Assembly (NCBI GenBank): GCA_965279305.1
Contig: OZ257143.1
Span: forward strand, 570,001 to 602,000
Source: Gammaproteobacteria bacterium
Lineage (GTDB): Bacteria; Pseudomonadota; Gammaproteobacteria; JBIOEC01
Reading direction: 5' to 3'
DNA: 32,000 nt
Part shown: positions 21,949 to 30,813 of the stretch, in pieces
Layout: the number at the start of each line of letters is the position of its first letter
Numbering within the stretch: the stretch's first letter is position 1
Made by a program: the position numbers and the translations under genes
Notes under the pieces: model-generated
What the model was told of the DNA's origin: nothing
What the model saw: only the letters and a program-made list of their open reading frames with translations
Database searches by the model: none

Positions 21949-21977
21949 TCAATGTCAAATGTCAAGACTTGACCCCA
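21949..21977 (+). repeat. GTCAA-triplet motif, copy 2
   Basis: TCAATGTCAAATGTCAAGACTTGACCCCAT. The palindrome here is GTCAAG-A-CTTGAC (21961-21973), so the A>G change is matched by T>C on the other arm. Confidence 0.7.
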
Positions 21978-21983
21978 TCAGTG

Positions 21984-22484
21984 TTAAGAAAGAATCCATG
22001 TACGCCAGTAGCTCGGTTGTAAAGCCGGCGCTTGAGCAGGACGCGCGAGGGGTGGAGATTGAGCTTCAGGCCAAATGACAGCAGCACTCATTTCTGCTTC
22101 ATTAAAAAATGCATCAGAAAAAACGATTTCTAACTCTCTTAGAGGTGTAGCATGAGTTTCTTTAATAATTTTGCATATTAGCCCAATCAGGGTAATGATA
22201 GTTCCAAGCCCTGCTTGCAGATAAGTAAGAATATTTAAGAATGTCTTAGCAGAGGAATCAGAGGAATTTGAAGTTGATAAAACTACCGTTTGAATAACTG
22301 CTAATGCAGCCACTATAGTAGCTGCGGTATAGCCAGCATACGTTATTGCACTATCACAACGTTTAACGGTAATGCTCCAGGAATGCAGCCTACAATCTAA
22401 ATCACCTTTACTCTCAAACCATTCCTGCAACCATGCTTTTTTTTGAGCTGACGTTCTGTTTGAAAAATCAGGAACGGTTGGCAT
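21984..22484 (-). CDS. Hypothetical membrane protein with a paired-TM hydrophobic hairpin
   Basis: 166 aa. Two hydrophobic helices (YAGYTAATIVAALAVIQTVVL; FLNILTYLQAGLGTIITLIGLICKII) are separated by a Ser-rich loop. Pro/Ala/Gln-rich C-terminus. Confidence 0.5.
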   Translation of the reverse strand: MPTVPDFSNRTSAQKKAWLQEWFESKGDLDCRLHSWSITVKRCDSAITYAGYTAATIVAALAVIQTVVLSTSNSSDSSAKTFLNILTYLQAGLGTIITLIGLICKIIKETHATPLRELEIVFSDAFFNEAEMSAAVIWPEAQSPPLARPAQAPALQPSYWRTWILS

Positions 22485-22578
22485 TATATCTCCTGCTTAT
22501 AAAAATAATTCTATTCTTATAAATGATAGTCTAGGATAAATTTAACTAAAGTAAAGCCTCCATTCTGTATCAAAATGA

Positions 22579-23043
22579 TTATTCAATCCCGATGCAAACA
22601 ATGCATTCATCCGTTCCTGGATAGATCTCAAAATCAGTTATATATTTACGTTTCACTTCAAGATTCTCATTAAAGAATTCCCAGATTTTTTTCCAGGTAT
22701 TAATGATGGTTTCAGGCATAGGCCCTTTAGATTCAAAAACTAGGTAGGTGCCTTCTTGAATATCAATTGTTTCAAATGCATCGCAGGGTTTAGAAACTGC
22801 CATACCGGCGGTTAAGTTATAAGCGCCTGAAAAATCAGATTCATAAGAAGAATATACGCCATAAATGGGAGAGTCTTTTAAACGATGAGGGATTTTTTCA
22901 GCTATATTTTCTGCAAAAAAAGTGCCCCAATGATTCGCTAGCTTTGCGGTAGCCGGATTAAATTCATCCTGGTTGTTAGTTCGAACAGTAATGCCGCTAA
23001 CCATAAATGCAGGAATTTGTTTTTGGGTTATTTTAACTGCCAC
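22579..23043 (-). CDS. GyrI-like / AraC-effector-binding-domain small-molecule-binding protein
   Basis: 154 aa with a GTG start. The pattern (F.V.GI.VRT.N......I..LW..F; YGVY..YE......Y...AG..V; GTY.VF...G) is typical of stand-alone GyrI-like domains. Confidence 0.65.
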   Translation of the reverse strand: MAVKITQKQIPAFMVSGITVRTNNQDEFNPATAKLANHWGTFFAENIAEKIPHRLKDSPIYGVYSSYESDFSGAYNLTAGMAVSKPCDAFETIDIQEGTYLVFESKGPMPETIINTWKKIWEFFNENLEVKRKYITDFEIYPGTDECIVCIGIE

Positions 23044-23064
23044 GGTTATACCTATTGAATTTTA

Positions 23065-23141
23065 TGGTGGGCCCACTAGGACTCGAACCTAGGACCAAAG
23101 GATTATGAGTCCTCTGCTCTAACCAACTGAGCTATGGGCCC
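23065..23141 (-). tRNA. ileX: tRNA with CAU anticodon, most likely tRNA-Ile2 (lysidine type) rather than elongator Met
   Basis: The reverse complement GGGCCCATAGCTCAGTTGGTTAGAGCAGAGGACTCATAATCCTTTGGTCCTAGGTTCGAGTCCTAGTGGGCCCACCA folds as a cloverleaf: 7-bp acceptor, D arm GCTC/GAGC, anticodon loop CTCATAA, T arm CTAGG/CCTAG, encoded CCA. The C4:G69 and C5:G68 pairs and the TTGGTC variable region resemble E. coli ileX as I recall it. Confidence 0.88.
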
Positions 23142-23188
23142 CTGACGGGATAGGGAGTCTATTATATGTAGTTTGGGAGGATTTGTCC

Positions 23189-23233
23189 AAAAAAGAGAAC
23201 CTTCTTCCCCCTGGTTACCCAGAAGGAAGAAGG
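23189..23233 (-). terminator. Rho-independent terminator of rpoD
   Basis: 9-bp stem CCTTCTTCC / GGAAGAAGG with an inner CTGG/CCAG helix. On the minus strand it is followed by TTCTCTTTTTTGG. Confidence 0.6.
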
Positions 23234-23281
23234 CCAAACTAGAATCATTACTGATATCTAGAGGTTTCAAGGAGAAAAGGT

Positions 23282-25117
23282 TTATTCCTCGCCTTCCAAG
23301 AATCCGCGCAGGTTTTCTGAACGGGTTGGATGACGTAACTTCCGTAAGGCTTTGGCTTCGATCTGACGAATACGCTCACGTGTCACATCAAACTGCTTTC
23401 CTACTTCTTCTAAGGTGTGATCGGTGTTCATATCGATACCAAAACGCATTCTGAGCACTTTTGCTTCTCGCGTGGTTAGCGATGCTAACACTTGGCGAGT
23501 GGCTTCGCGCAATCCTTCTTCTGTCGCCGCATCAATCGGTGACTGAATATTAATGTCTTCAATAAAATCACCTAAGTGTGAATCTTCATCATCACCAATC
23601 GGCGTTTCCATTGAAATAGGCTCTTTAGCAATTTTTAAGATCTTGCGAATTTTATCTTCAGGCAACATCATTTTTTTGCTTAATTCTTCAGGAGTTGGAT
23701 CGCGTCCCATTTCTTGCATCATTTGACGAGAAATACGATTTAATTTATTAATCGTTTCAATCATATGCACAGGAATACGAATGGTACGTGCTTGATCCGC
23801 AATTGAACGTGTAATTGCTTGTCTGATCCACCAGGTGGCATAAGTTGAAAACTTATAACCACGACGGTATTCAAATTTATCAACCGCTTTCATTAAACCA
23901 ATATTACCTTCTTGAATTAAATCTAAGAATTGTAATCCGCGATTGGTATATTTTTTCGCGATTGAAATAACTAAGCGTAAATTGGCTTCCACCATTTCTT
24001 TTTTAGCGCGGCGAGATTTCGCTTCACCTACAGAAATACGGCGATTTAATTCTTTTAATTCGTCTAAATTAATACCGGCTTCTTGTTCAATTTGTTGGAA
24101 CACGGCTTGGTATTTTTCTACTTCAGGACGAATATTTTCTAACGCATTTCCGCGATCGCCACGTTCTTTAATATAGTTTTTCAACCAATTAAGATCGGTA
24201 GCATGTCCGGGGAATTCAGTGATAAAGGTTTTACGAGCCATGCGCGCTTTGTTAATGCACAAGTTCATAATGGCGCGTTCTTGATCACGCACTAAATCTA
24301 CTTTTACGCGAACGAAGTTGACTAATTCGTCCATTTGTTTTGAAACAATATTGAAACGTAAAAACTGTTCAACCAATTGTTGATGTAAGGCTTGTAGTTT
24401 TTTAGCGCTTTTTTTAGATTTTTGGCTTAAGGCCATGTATTCATCGTAAATGCCTTTCAGTAAAGCAAATCGACGAGCCGCTTCTTCCGGATCAGGCCCA
24501 GTTTCAGTAAAACCATCCGCATCGCCGCCGGCTTCGGTTTCTTCTTCTTCAATTTCGGCAGTCGCTAATTCATCATCTAATAGAGGAACTTCAGGGTTTT
24601 CAACATCAGCAAAACCGCTGATCACATCAGAAATACGGATCTGGCCGGTTAAGCTTAAGTTGTAGCGATCTAATAAGAGGCCAACCACTTTAGGGTAAGA
24701 AGCCAAGGCATGCATCATTTCTTGCAAGCCTTCTTCAATACGCTTAGCAATCACAATTTCGCCTTCGCGGGTTAGCAGCTCTACACTACCCATTTCACGC
24801 ATATACATACGCACGGGATCGGTAGTACGACCAAAATCGCCTTCTACAGCGGCTAAAGCAGCGGCCGCTTCTTCCATGGCTTCTTCTTCTGTAGCCACGT
24901 TATCGGTGAATAATAAGGTTTCTTCGCCTGGCGCTTCTTCGTAAACTTTAATACCCATATCGTTAATTTTGCTGATGAAATCTTCGATTTCTTCAGGCTC
25001 AACCACATCAGAAGGTAAATGGTCATTCACTTCCGCGAATGTTAAATACCCTTGAATACGGCCTTTGGCGATAAGATGTTTTAATTGCGAACTTTGATCA
25101 TTGCTAGCGTCACTCAT
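23282..25117 (-). CDS. rpoD: RNA polymerase sigma factor RpoD (sigma70)
   Basis: 611 aa. Region 2 ([28 protein letters not shown]), region 4.2 ([29 protein letters not shown]) and the acidic region 1. Confidence 0.97.
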   Translation of the reverse strand: MSDASNDQSSQLKHLIAKGRIQGYLTFAEVNDHLPSDVVEPEEIEDFISKINDMGIKVYEEAPGEETLLFTDNVATEEEAMEEAAAALAAVEGDFGRTTDPVRMYMREMGSVELLTREGEIVIAKRIEEGLQEMMHALASYPKVVGLLLDRYNLSLTGQIRISDVISGFADVENPEVPLLDDELATAEIEEEETEAGGDADGFTETGPDPEEAARRFALLKGIYDEYMALSQKSKKSAKKLQALHQQLVEQFLRFNIVSKQMDELVNFVRVKVDLVRDQERAIMNLCINKARMARKTFITEFPGHATDLNWLKNYIKERGDRGNALENIRPEVEKYQAVFQQIEQEAGINLDELKELNRRISVGEAKSRRAKKEMVEANLRLVISIAKKYTNRGLQFLDLIQEGNIGLMKAVDKFEYRRGYKFSTYATWWIRQAITRSIADQARTIRIPVHMIETINKLNRISRQMMQEMGRDPTPEELSKKMMLPEDKIRKILKIAKEPISMETPIGDDEDSHLGDFIEDINIQSPIDAATEEGLREATRQVLASLTTREAKVLRMRFGIDMNTDHTLEEVGKQFDVTRERIRQIEAKALRKLRHPTRSENLRGFLEGEE

Positions 25118-25327
25118 ACTCCACCTTTATATATTAGATGCAAAAAATAGTAGTCAAGGAATAGCGTTGCGGCTATTCATCCATCACACATTCCTTGTGA
25201 GCGGTGCTAAAGAAAGGCTGTACTGCTACTACATTGTCGTGAAGTATATTTACTGCCTACTCAAACGTTTTAAGCGACTGAAGTTTCCAGTGCTTGCACT
25301 CGGCGGTCAACCCTGACCTAAAATAAA

Positions 25328-27100
25328 TTAATGTTGATGTTTAGATTCTAGGTCAGAATCCTTGTTTGTCAACGTACGAAGCTGATTTTTTTCTTCATTT
25401 GTTAATCCAGCTAAACCCACTTGCGCTACTTTTTTATGAAGCAATTGTAATTCTTGTTCTGCTTCTTGTAATTTTAATCGCGCTAAAATTTCTGTTACTT
25501 CTTTTGACGCTTGTTCTGTATTTAACAAGTGTTCCCACGCCGCCAAAGACGCTATATATTGTATGTATTCCGATTCACTCCAAATATTTAATAAAATACC
25601 TGTATGTATGTTCGGGTTATTTCTCAATAAAATTAAGAGTTCATTTAACAGTACTGTATCTTTATCTGGCGTTTCTTTTTCCATTCGCCATGGCGAAGGA
25701 ATTTGATTAATTAAAGAAGGATATTGCAACAACAAACTCATTAAGCGTTGCACAATGGTTAAACTATTTCCTAATTTAATCGGCGCCTCATTTATTTTTT
25801 TTGTGCCCTTCTCTTGAGGCTGCTCACATAATTTTTTTATTTCTCTAATATTGAGCCCGGTCGTTTGTGTTAACTGCTCCCACAATAACGATTTACGTGC
25901 ACCTTCGGGCAATTGCTGCAACAAGGGTTGAGCTAATTTAATTAATTTTGCTTTTCCATCTAAATGGCTCAAATCCACCTGTGGCAACAAATGTTGCAAC
26001 ATAAACGTGGTTAATGAGGTAGCATGCGCTAATGCTTGCTCAAAGCCTTCTTTACCCGCTTTACGCACAAAAGAATCGGGATCTTCTTTTTCAGGTAATA
26101 TTAAAAATTTTATTTCTCGTTCATCGGTGGCAATAGGCAAACACTGCTCTAATGCTCTCCACGCGGCGCGTTGGCCTGCGGCATCACCATCAAAACAAAA
26201 GATAACATTATCTACTAAACGAAATAGTCTTCTTAAATGTTGCACATTCAGCGCAGTGCCTAATGTCGCTACCGCGTAATCCACATCATATTGTGCTAAA
26301 GCGATAACATCTAAGTAACCTTCTACTACTAATAGTTTTTCTAACTTCCCTGGTTTTTGTGTCGCTTCATACAAACCATACAACTCTTGGCTTTTATGAA
26401 AGATGGCCGTCTCTGGCGAATTTAAATATTTGGGAGTGGCGTCATCCAATACACGACCACCAAAAGCAATCACACGTCCTTGGCGATCACGGATCGGAAA
26501 CATGATGCGGTGTCGAAAACGATCATGATATCTACCTTGGGCTTTTTCGGTGAGCATGCCCGTGGCAACTAAATTCTTTTGCTCATTTTTAAATTGTCTT
26601 AACAAATTCTCAAAACCCGGAGGAGCAAAACCTAAACCAAACTGCTGACAAATTTCTCCGGTTAATCCTCGTCCGCGCAAATAATCAATGGCGATCGCTT
26701 TTTGAGGATGTTTTTTTAATTGAAAATTATAATATTGCGCAACTTTTTCCATCAAACTATACAATTCATTGCGCGAATCCGTTTGAGCTGGCGTTAATTT
26801 TTGTGTGGTAGGAACAGTTAGTCCTACGCGAGCCGCCAACTGCTCAATGGCTTCAACAAAGCCAAAATGCTGATGCTCCATTAAAAACTTAATGGCGTTT
26901 CCATTTGCCCCGCAACCAAAGCAATAATAAAATTGTTTTCGTTGGCTTACGGTAAAGGAAGGTGTTTTTTCCTGGTGAAAAGGACAGCAGGCTTTGTAAT
27001 CACGCCCCGCTTTCTGAAGGGTGACAAACACTTCGATAATTTCAATAATATCGACTCGCCCTAAGAGCTCATCGATAAAGGTTTGTGGAATGGAGGACAT
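25328..27100 (-). CDS. dnaG: DNA primase
   Basis: Zn-ribbon CPFHQEKTPSFTVSQRKQFYYCFGCGANG. TOPRIM motifs VVEGYLDVI and FDGDAAGQRAA. Position between yqeY/rpsU and rpoD. Confidence 0.95.
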   Translation of the reverse strand: MSSIPQTFIDELLGRVDIIEIIEVFVTLQKAGRDYKACCPFHQEKTPSFTVSQRKQFYYCFGCGANGNAIKFLMEHQHFGFVEAIEQLAARVGLTVPTTQKLTPAQTDSRNELYSLMEKVAQYYNFQLKKHPQKAIAIDYLRGRGLTGEICQQFGLGFAPPGFENLLRQFKNEQKNLVATGMLTEKAQGRYHDRFRHRIMFPIRDRQGRVIAFGGRVLDDATPKYLNSPETAIFHKSQELYGLYEATQKPGKLEKLLVVEGYLDVIALAQYDVDYAVATLGTALNVQHLRRLFRLVDNVIFCFDGDAAGQRAAWRALEQCLPIATDEREIKFLILPEKEDPDSFVRKAGKEGFEQALAHATSLTTFMLQHLLPQVDLSHLDGKAKLIKLAQPLLQQLPEGARKSLLWEQLTQTTGLNIREIKKLCEQPQEKGTKKINEAPIKLGNSLTIVQRLMSLLLQYPSLINQIPSPWRMEKETPDKDTVLLNELLILLRNNPNIHTGILLNIWSESEYIQYIASLAAWEHLLNTEQASKEVTEILARLKLQEAEQELQLLHKKVAQVGLAGLTNEEKNQLRTLTNKDSDLESKHQH

Positions 27101-27543
27101 TAGCCCAACATATTTTTAATCTTGTTTCCCAAACTGCCCATATCCGTGCGACCTTGCACTTGCGGTTTGAGTAGAGCCATCACTTTGCCCATGTCTTGCA
27201 TGGTTTTTGCATCCACAGACGCGATAGCCTCTTTAATAAGAGCATCCAACTCTGCCTCTGACAACGGTTCGGGCAAATAGCGCTGAATAATGGAAAGTTC
27301 GTATTCTTCTTGCTTCACGAGATCATCGCGCTTAGCTGCCTGATATTGTGAAATAGACTCTCTGCGTTGTTTGACCATTTTGTCCAAAATAACCAGGATT
27401 TGGCTGTCATCCAGGGTGATTCTTTCATCAATTTCTTTTTGTTTGATGGCCGCCATAATGAGGCGAAGAACCGATAAAAGAGGCTTGTCTTGGCTTTTCA
27501 TCGCCTCTTTTACCTGGTTTTGGAGTTGGTCTCGCAAGGTCAC
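27100..27543 (-). CDS. yqeY: GatB/YqeY domain protein
   Basis: 147 aa. LKEAMKS.D...L.VLRL...AIKQKEID motif and the conserved position between rpsU and dnaG. Confidence 0.85.
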   Translation of the reverse strand: MTLRDQLQNQVKEAMKSQDKPLLSVLRLIMAAIKQKEIDERITLDDSQILVILDKMVKQRRESISQYQAAKRDDLVKQEEYELSIIQRYLPEPLSEAELDALIKEAIASVDAKTMQDMGKVMALLKPQVQGRTDMGSLGNKIKNMLG

Positions 27544-27546
27544 AGT

Positions 27547-27786
27547 TTAGCTCCCACGGCGTGAGCGCGTTACTGTACCTGTTGTTATACCTGTAGTATC
27601 GCGTGACATTTTTTTCAAATGACGCTTAACAGCGGCAGCTCTAGAACGCTGGCGCTCTTTAGAAGGGGGTTCGAATGCTTGGCATTTGCGGGCACGGGCT
27701 AAAACGCCTGATTTTTCCACCGCACGCTTAAATTTGCGTAAACCGCTAGCAATATCTTCATTTTCACGTAAATATACACCTGGCAT
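27547..27786 (-). CDS. rpsU: 30S ribosomal protein S21
   Basis: MPGVYLRENEDIASGLRKFKRAVEKSGVL...ERQRSRAAAVKR matches the S21 pattern. Carries a short extra basic C-terminal tail. Confidence 0.9.
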   Translation of the reverse strand: MPGVYLRENEDIASGLRKFKRAVEKSGVLARARKCQAFEPPSKERQRSRAAAVKRHLKKMSRDTTGITTGTVTRSRRGS

Positions 27787-27919
27787 GTGATCACTTTCCT
27801 CATTAATAAGTTATCTGAACAGGAAATAATACTGCAAAATAAGCCTAATAGCAAGGCACCCTGCTTGGTGGGGGATAAAAATGGGATTAGACAACAGTCT
27901 TTCTTAAAAACCATCAACA

Positions 27920-27975
27920 TTGTGTAAAGCTTACAGCCTGTGATATACTTGTATTACATAAAGTATACACGTATA
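27920..27975 (+). promoter_or_regulatory. Candidate promoter/operator of the relBE-like operon
   Basis: TTGTGT (27920-25), 18-nt spacer, extended -10 TGATATACT (27941-49). It overlaps the inverted repeat TATACT-N12-AGTATA and reiterated GTAT(A/T) units (27951, 27963, 27971), as expected for an autoregulated RHH operator. Confidence 0.4.
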
Positions 27976-27988
27976 TTGGAGGGGTTAT

Positions 27989-28201
27989 ATGTTAGCCGTA
28001 AGGTTACCAGCAGAGCTTGAAAAAAGGCTCGATAAGCTAGCAAAAAAAACAGGGCGCACTAAAACTTTTTATGTTAGAGAAGCCCTTGCCGATCATATTG
28101 ATGAGCTGGAAGATGTCTATTTATCCTTAAACAGATTAGAAAATCCTGGAAAAATTTGGTCACTAGATGATATGGAGAAAGGCCGTGACATGGACAGTTA
28201 A
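27989..28201 (+). CDS. Ribbon-helix-helix antitoxin (RelB/CopG-like)
   Basis: 70 aa. N-terminal RHH (MLAVRLPAELEKRLDKLAKKTGRTKTFYVREAL). GGAGG RBS. Overlaps the downstream RelE-like gene. Confidence 0.8.
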   Translation: MLAVRLPAELEKRLDKLAKKTGRTKTFYVREALADHIDELEDVYLSLNRLENPGKIWSLDDMEKGRDMDS

Positions 28202-28451
28202 GTGGGAAGATAGCGCGGCTAAAGAATTTCGAAAACTCGATAAGTCCATCCAGAAAACCATTTTGACTTATTTAAGAGAACGCATTGCTGTCAAAGAAGA
28301 TCCTAGACGTTTTGGAAAACCGCTTTCTTATGATAAATATGGATTATGGAGATACCGCATCCAGGATACACGAATTATCTGCAAAATCTTCGACGATGAA
28401 CTTCTCGTTTTAATTGTAAAAGCAGCGCACCGAAAAGGCGTTTACGACTAA
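28185..28451 (+). CDS. relE: RelE/StbE-family mRNA interferase toxin
   Basis: WTVKWEDSAAKEFRKLDKSIQKTILTYL...LWRYRIQDTRIICKIFDDELLVLIVKAAHRKGVY is a typical RelE pattern. Probable GTG start at 28185 after a GGAGAAAGG RBS (ORF-track ATG at 28167 is possible). Confidence 0.85.
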   Translation: MTWTVKWEDSAAKEFRKLDKSIQKTILTYLRERIAVKEDPRRFGKPLSYDKYGLWRYRIQDTRIICKIFDDELLVLIVKAAHRKGVYD

Positions 28452-28489
28452 CTCTCTAACAGATCAGTTAATCACTATTACAAAATAAA

Positions 28490-30781
28490 TTAAGGTTCGG
28501 AAAAGTGGCTGCTTGTAGAGGCTGCCGGAGATGTGCTTTGTAATTCAAATTCATGAGGGTCTGCTCTAGTAGGTGCTGGTGCGGCGGTAAGCAATCTAGG
28601 TAATCGAGAGAACCCTGACCATAATCCAGTCAATCCTCGAGATGCAACTGATGCCACTTCAGAAGCAACATCACTGGTAACATTCGCAACACTACCTAAA
28701 CCATCCATCACAAATTCTGTGGCGGCACTAGCAACCTCTTCTAGGGCTGTGGGTTTAAACGCGGGTTTTCGAATGATATCGTCATTTCCATTCAGAATTT
28801 TTTTAGCACGTTCAAATAATACAGCGATCTCCTGACTGCCTTTTTTATTCATTTCTTCTGCGGTTTTTCCTTGGGTATTTTTATGAGTCATTAATTCAAA
28901 AAGATACCCTCTTTCCTGAGCAAACGCTAAATACAATTCAACAATACCCGTATATCCCAACGCCGTAACATGATGCAGCGGAGTATTCGATTCTTTCATT
29001 TGGTTTAATACCATAGAAGAGCAAGGGTGAACCCCACGATCCAATAAAAAATAAATCTCATTAAACTCTAGATTGTGGGTGGCGTTTACCAGCTCAGTTG
29101 CCAGCCGTTTATTTCTTTTTGAAATAGCATAATATTCATTTTTTTGCCTCTCATTGGTTGGGAAAGTAATATCCAAATATATGCCTACATTTCTAGCATA
29201 GGCATTAATTATTGTTTGAGACAAGTGATGGTTATTGGCGGTTGAAATATTTTTTAAATCTACTTTTAAATAGTGAACTCGTGATTGTGCAATAAGTTTA
29301 GCAAGCGCTTCGACAACGCGCTCACTTCTTAGTTCTTCGCTATAAATAGAGACAGATGATAGCGAAGAACACTCACTCATTCGACATAGCAATGTTAAAG
29401 CCGCTTCATTGCTTAAGCCGCCCCTCGTAGCCATTATCCACAATTCAACTAAAGTCGCCGCTGGCAATATATCACTTAAAAAACATTCATTTTTGCGAAG
29501 ATCATCTATTTCGCCAATCGTAAGACGTGATATTCTTATATTGTTTTCCCTCGCCACTTCCATTGCTTCTTTTAACTCATCAAGAGACGCTCTAGGATCA
29601 GGAAAATAGGACATTGAAACAAACTGTTCAGTTAATTCAGTTTTATTGAAAAAGCCGAGCACTTGGTTGCTTCCATTATACGCATGATAACTAATAAGGT
29701 TAAGAGGCAATATATCTTTTACTGCAACCATCATCCTCATCGCGAAAGCAGGTGTTACCCTATTATTACAGAATTTAATATTGATATCTTTGAACTTTTC
29801 TTTGTCAGGAAGCGTTGCCATTTTCTCTTTTCTTTTTATAAAAAGTTTTGGCAATTGTTCTGTTAAAAACGCAAGATCTTCTTTAGAGAAATAAGTAAAT
29901 CCTGAAAAATTAAAAGAAGGATGAAGTTGAGGCGCAATAAAGAAATAATTCACTAAATCAACAAGCTCAGGGTTTAAACCTGTTTTATTCTCTTGCTCTA
30001 TAGGAAACGTAATGCGAGCCTGTTTTATTCTTAACATACTTCCTTTGATAGAAAGAATATCGCCTTGATCCCCCATCACTAAACGAGAAAAAGTCATTCC
30101 ACGCGACACTATTTTTTCAAGCAAAAAAGTTTCAACTGCATTGGAAAGATAAGGATCATGTATACGTAAATCATGAACAGAAACAGGGATTGCCGCTACA
30201 AAGTTTGCCAATTTTTTTTTATCTAACGCGTCCAGGTCGTTAAGTCTGAATAGAAACTGACTCCTCACTATTAATGAAGAGAAAGAAAGACCTAGCTCTT
30301 TTGCTAATGTAAGAGCATCGGTTACTATACGAAGATTCTCCATTATCGGGATAAAAAGCTGACCGGGTTTGTACTGACTATATTCAAAATTATTCGTTAA
30401 ACCATCTCTAGATTTATCCGATATAGTCACTATAGCGTTTCTAGGGGAAGTGCTATCATAATTAATAGAGGTCATAGGCTTTCCGCTTTTTACCAATGCA
30501 TCTAGCATTTTTACGACAAAAACGGGCGTGCAAACAGGTGAAACAATATGAGAAGCTAAAGAAAATGAAATATAAAATTGGCTAGGAAAATACTCTACAG
30601 GAATTTCACCTAACACCCTCAGTATTTCTGCTTCATCTTCTTCAGTAAAGGAATTATAAGGACTTAAATTAAGCTCAGCAGAATTTTGTTTGGAACGAGG
30701 ATCAGCCCCCTCACCTTTCCAAGGTTCGAGATTAAATCGTAATACTCTCAATGCTTCTTGAAGTTCTGTATTAACGGGCAT
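28490..30781 (-). CDS. Large eukaryote-like protein: unknown N-terminal half + RI-type leucine-rich repeats + C-terminal ankyrin repeats
   Basis: The ATG at 30781 is preferred because the ORF-track start at 30796 is TTG. 28-aa LRR-like periodicity (LSNEAALTLLCRMSECSSLSSVSIYSEE / LRSERVVEALAKLIAQSRVHYLKVDLKN / ISTANNHHLSQTIINAYARNVGIYLDIT). Ankyrin units (NEIYFLLDRGVHP...; SNTPLHHVTALGYTGIVELYL; NTQGKTAEEM). Confidence 0.62.
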   Translation of the reverse strand: MPVNTELQEALRVLRFNLEPWKGEGADPRSKQNSAELNLSPYNSFTEEDEAEILRVLGEIPVEYFPSQFYISFSLASHIVSPVCTPVFVVKMLDALVKSGKPMTSINYDSTSPRNAIVTISDKSRDGLTNNFEYSQYKPGQLFIPIMENLRIVTDALTLAKELGLSFSSLIVRSQFLFRLNDLDALDKKKLANFVAAIPVSVHDLRIHDPYLSNAVETFLLEKIVSRGMTFSRLVMGDQGDILSIKGSMLRIKQARITFPIEQENKTGLNPELVDLVNYFFIAPQLHPSFNFSGFTYFSKEDLAFLTEQLPKLFIKRKEKMATLPDKEKFKDINIKFCNNRVTPAFAMRMMVAVKDILPLNLISYHAYNGSNQVLGFFNKTELTEQFVSMSYFPDPRASLDELKEAMEVARENNIRISRLTIGEIDDLRKNECFLSDILPAATLVELWIMATRGGLSNEAALTLLCRMSECSSLSSVSIYSEELRSERVVEALAKLIAQSRVHYLKVDLKNISTANNHHLSQTIINAYARNVGIYLDITFPTNERQKNEYYAISKRNKRLATELVNATHNLEFNEIYFLLDRGVHPCSSMVLNQMKESNTPLHHVTALGYTGIVELYLAFAQERGYLFELMTHKNTQGKTAEEMNKKGSQEIAVLFERAKKILNGNDDIIRKPAFKPTALEEVASAATEFVMDGLGSVANVTSDVASEVASVASRGLTGLWSGFSRLPRLLTAAPAPTRADPHEFELQSTSPAASTSSHFSEP

Positions 30782-30813
30782 GGGGGCTTTTCTCAAGGGT
30801 AAAATAAAGAGAT

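Noticed and set aside
23173-24665. ORFs 23173-23454 (+), 23943-24176 (+) and 24450-24665 (+).
   Set aside because: They are antisense to rpoD and its terminator. The Ser/Pro-rich translations are typical of the complement of acidic-region codons.
25101-26279. ORFs 25101-25316 (+), 25366-25710 (+) and 26007-26279 (+).
   Set aside because: The first lies in the dnaG-rpoD intergenic/promoter region without an RBS. The others are antisense shadows of dnaG.
27699-27920. ORF 27699-27920 (-), overlapping the rpsU 5' end in another frame.
   Set aside because: rpsU is unambiguous. The overlapping frame has no homology features and would sit in the rpsU promoter/leader.
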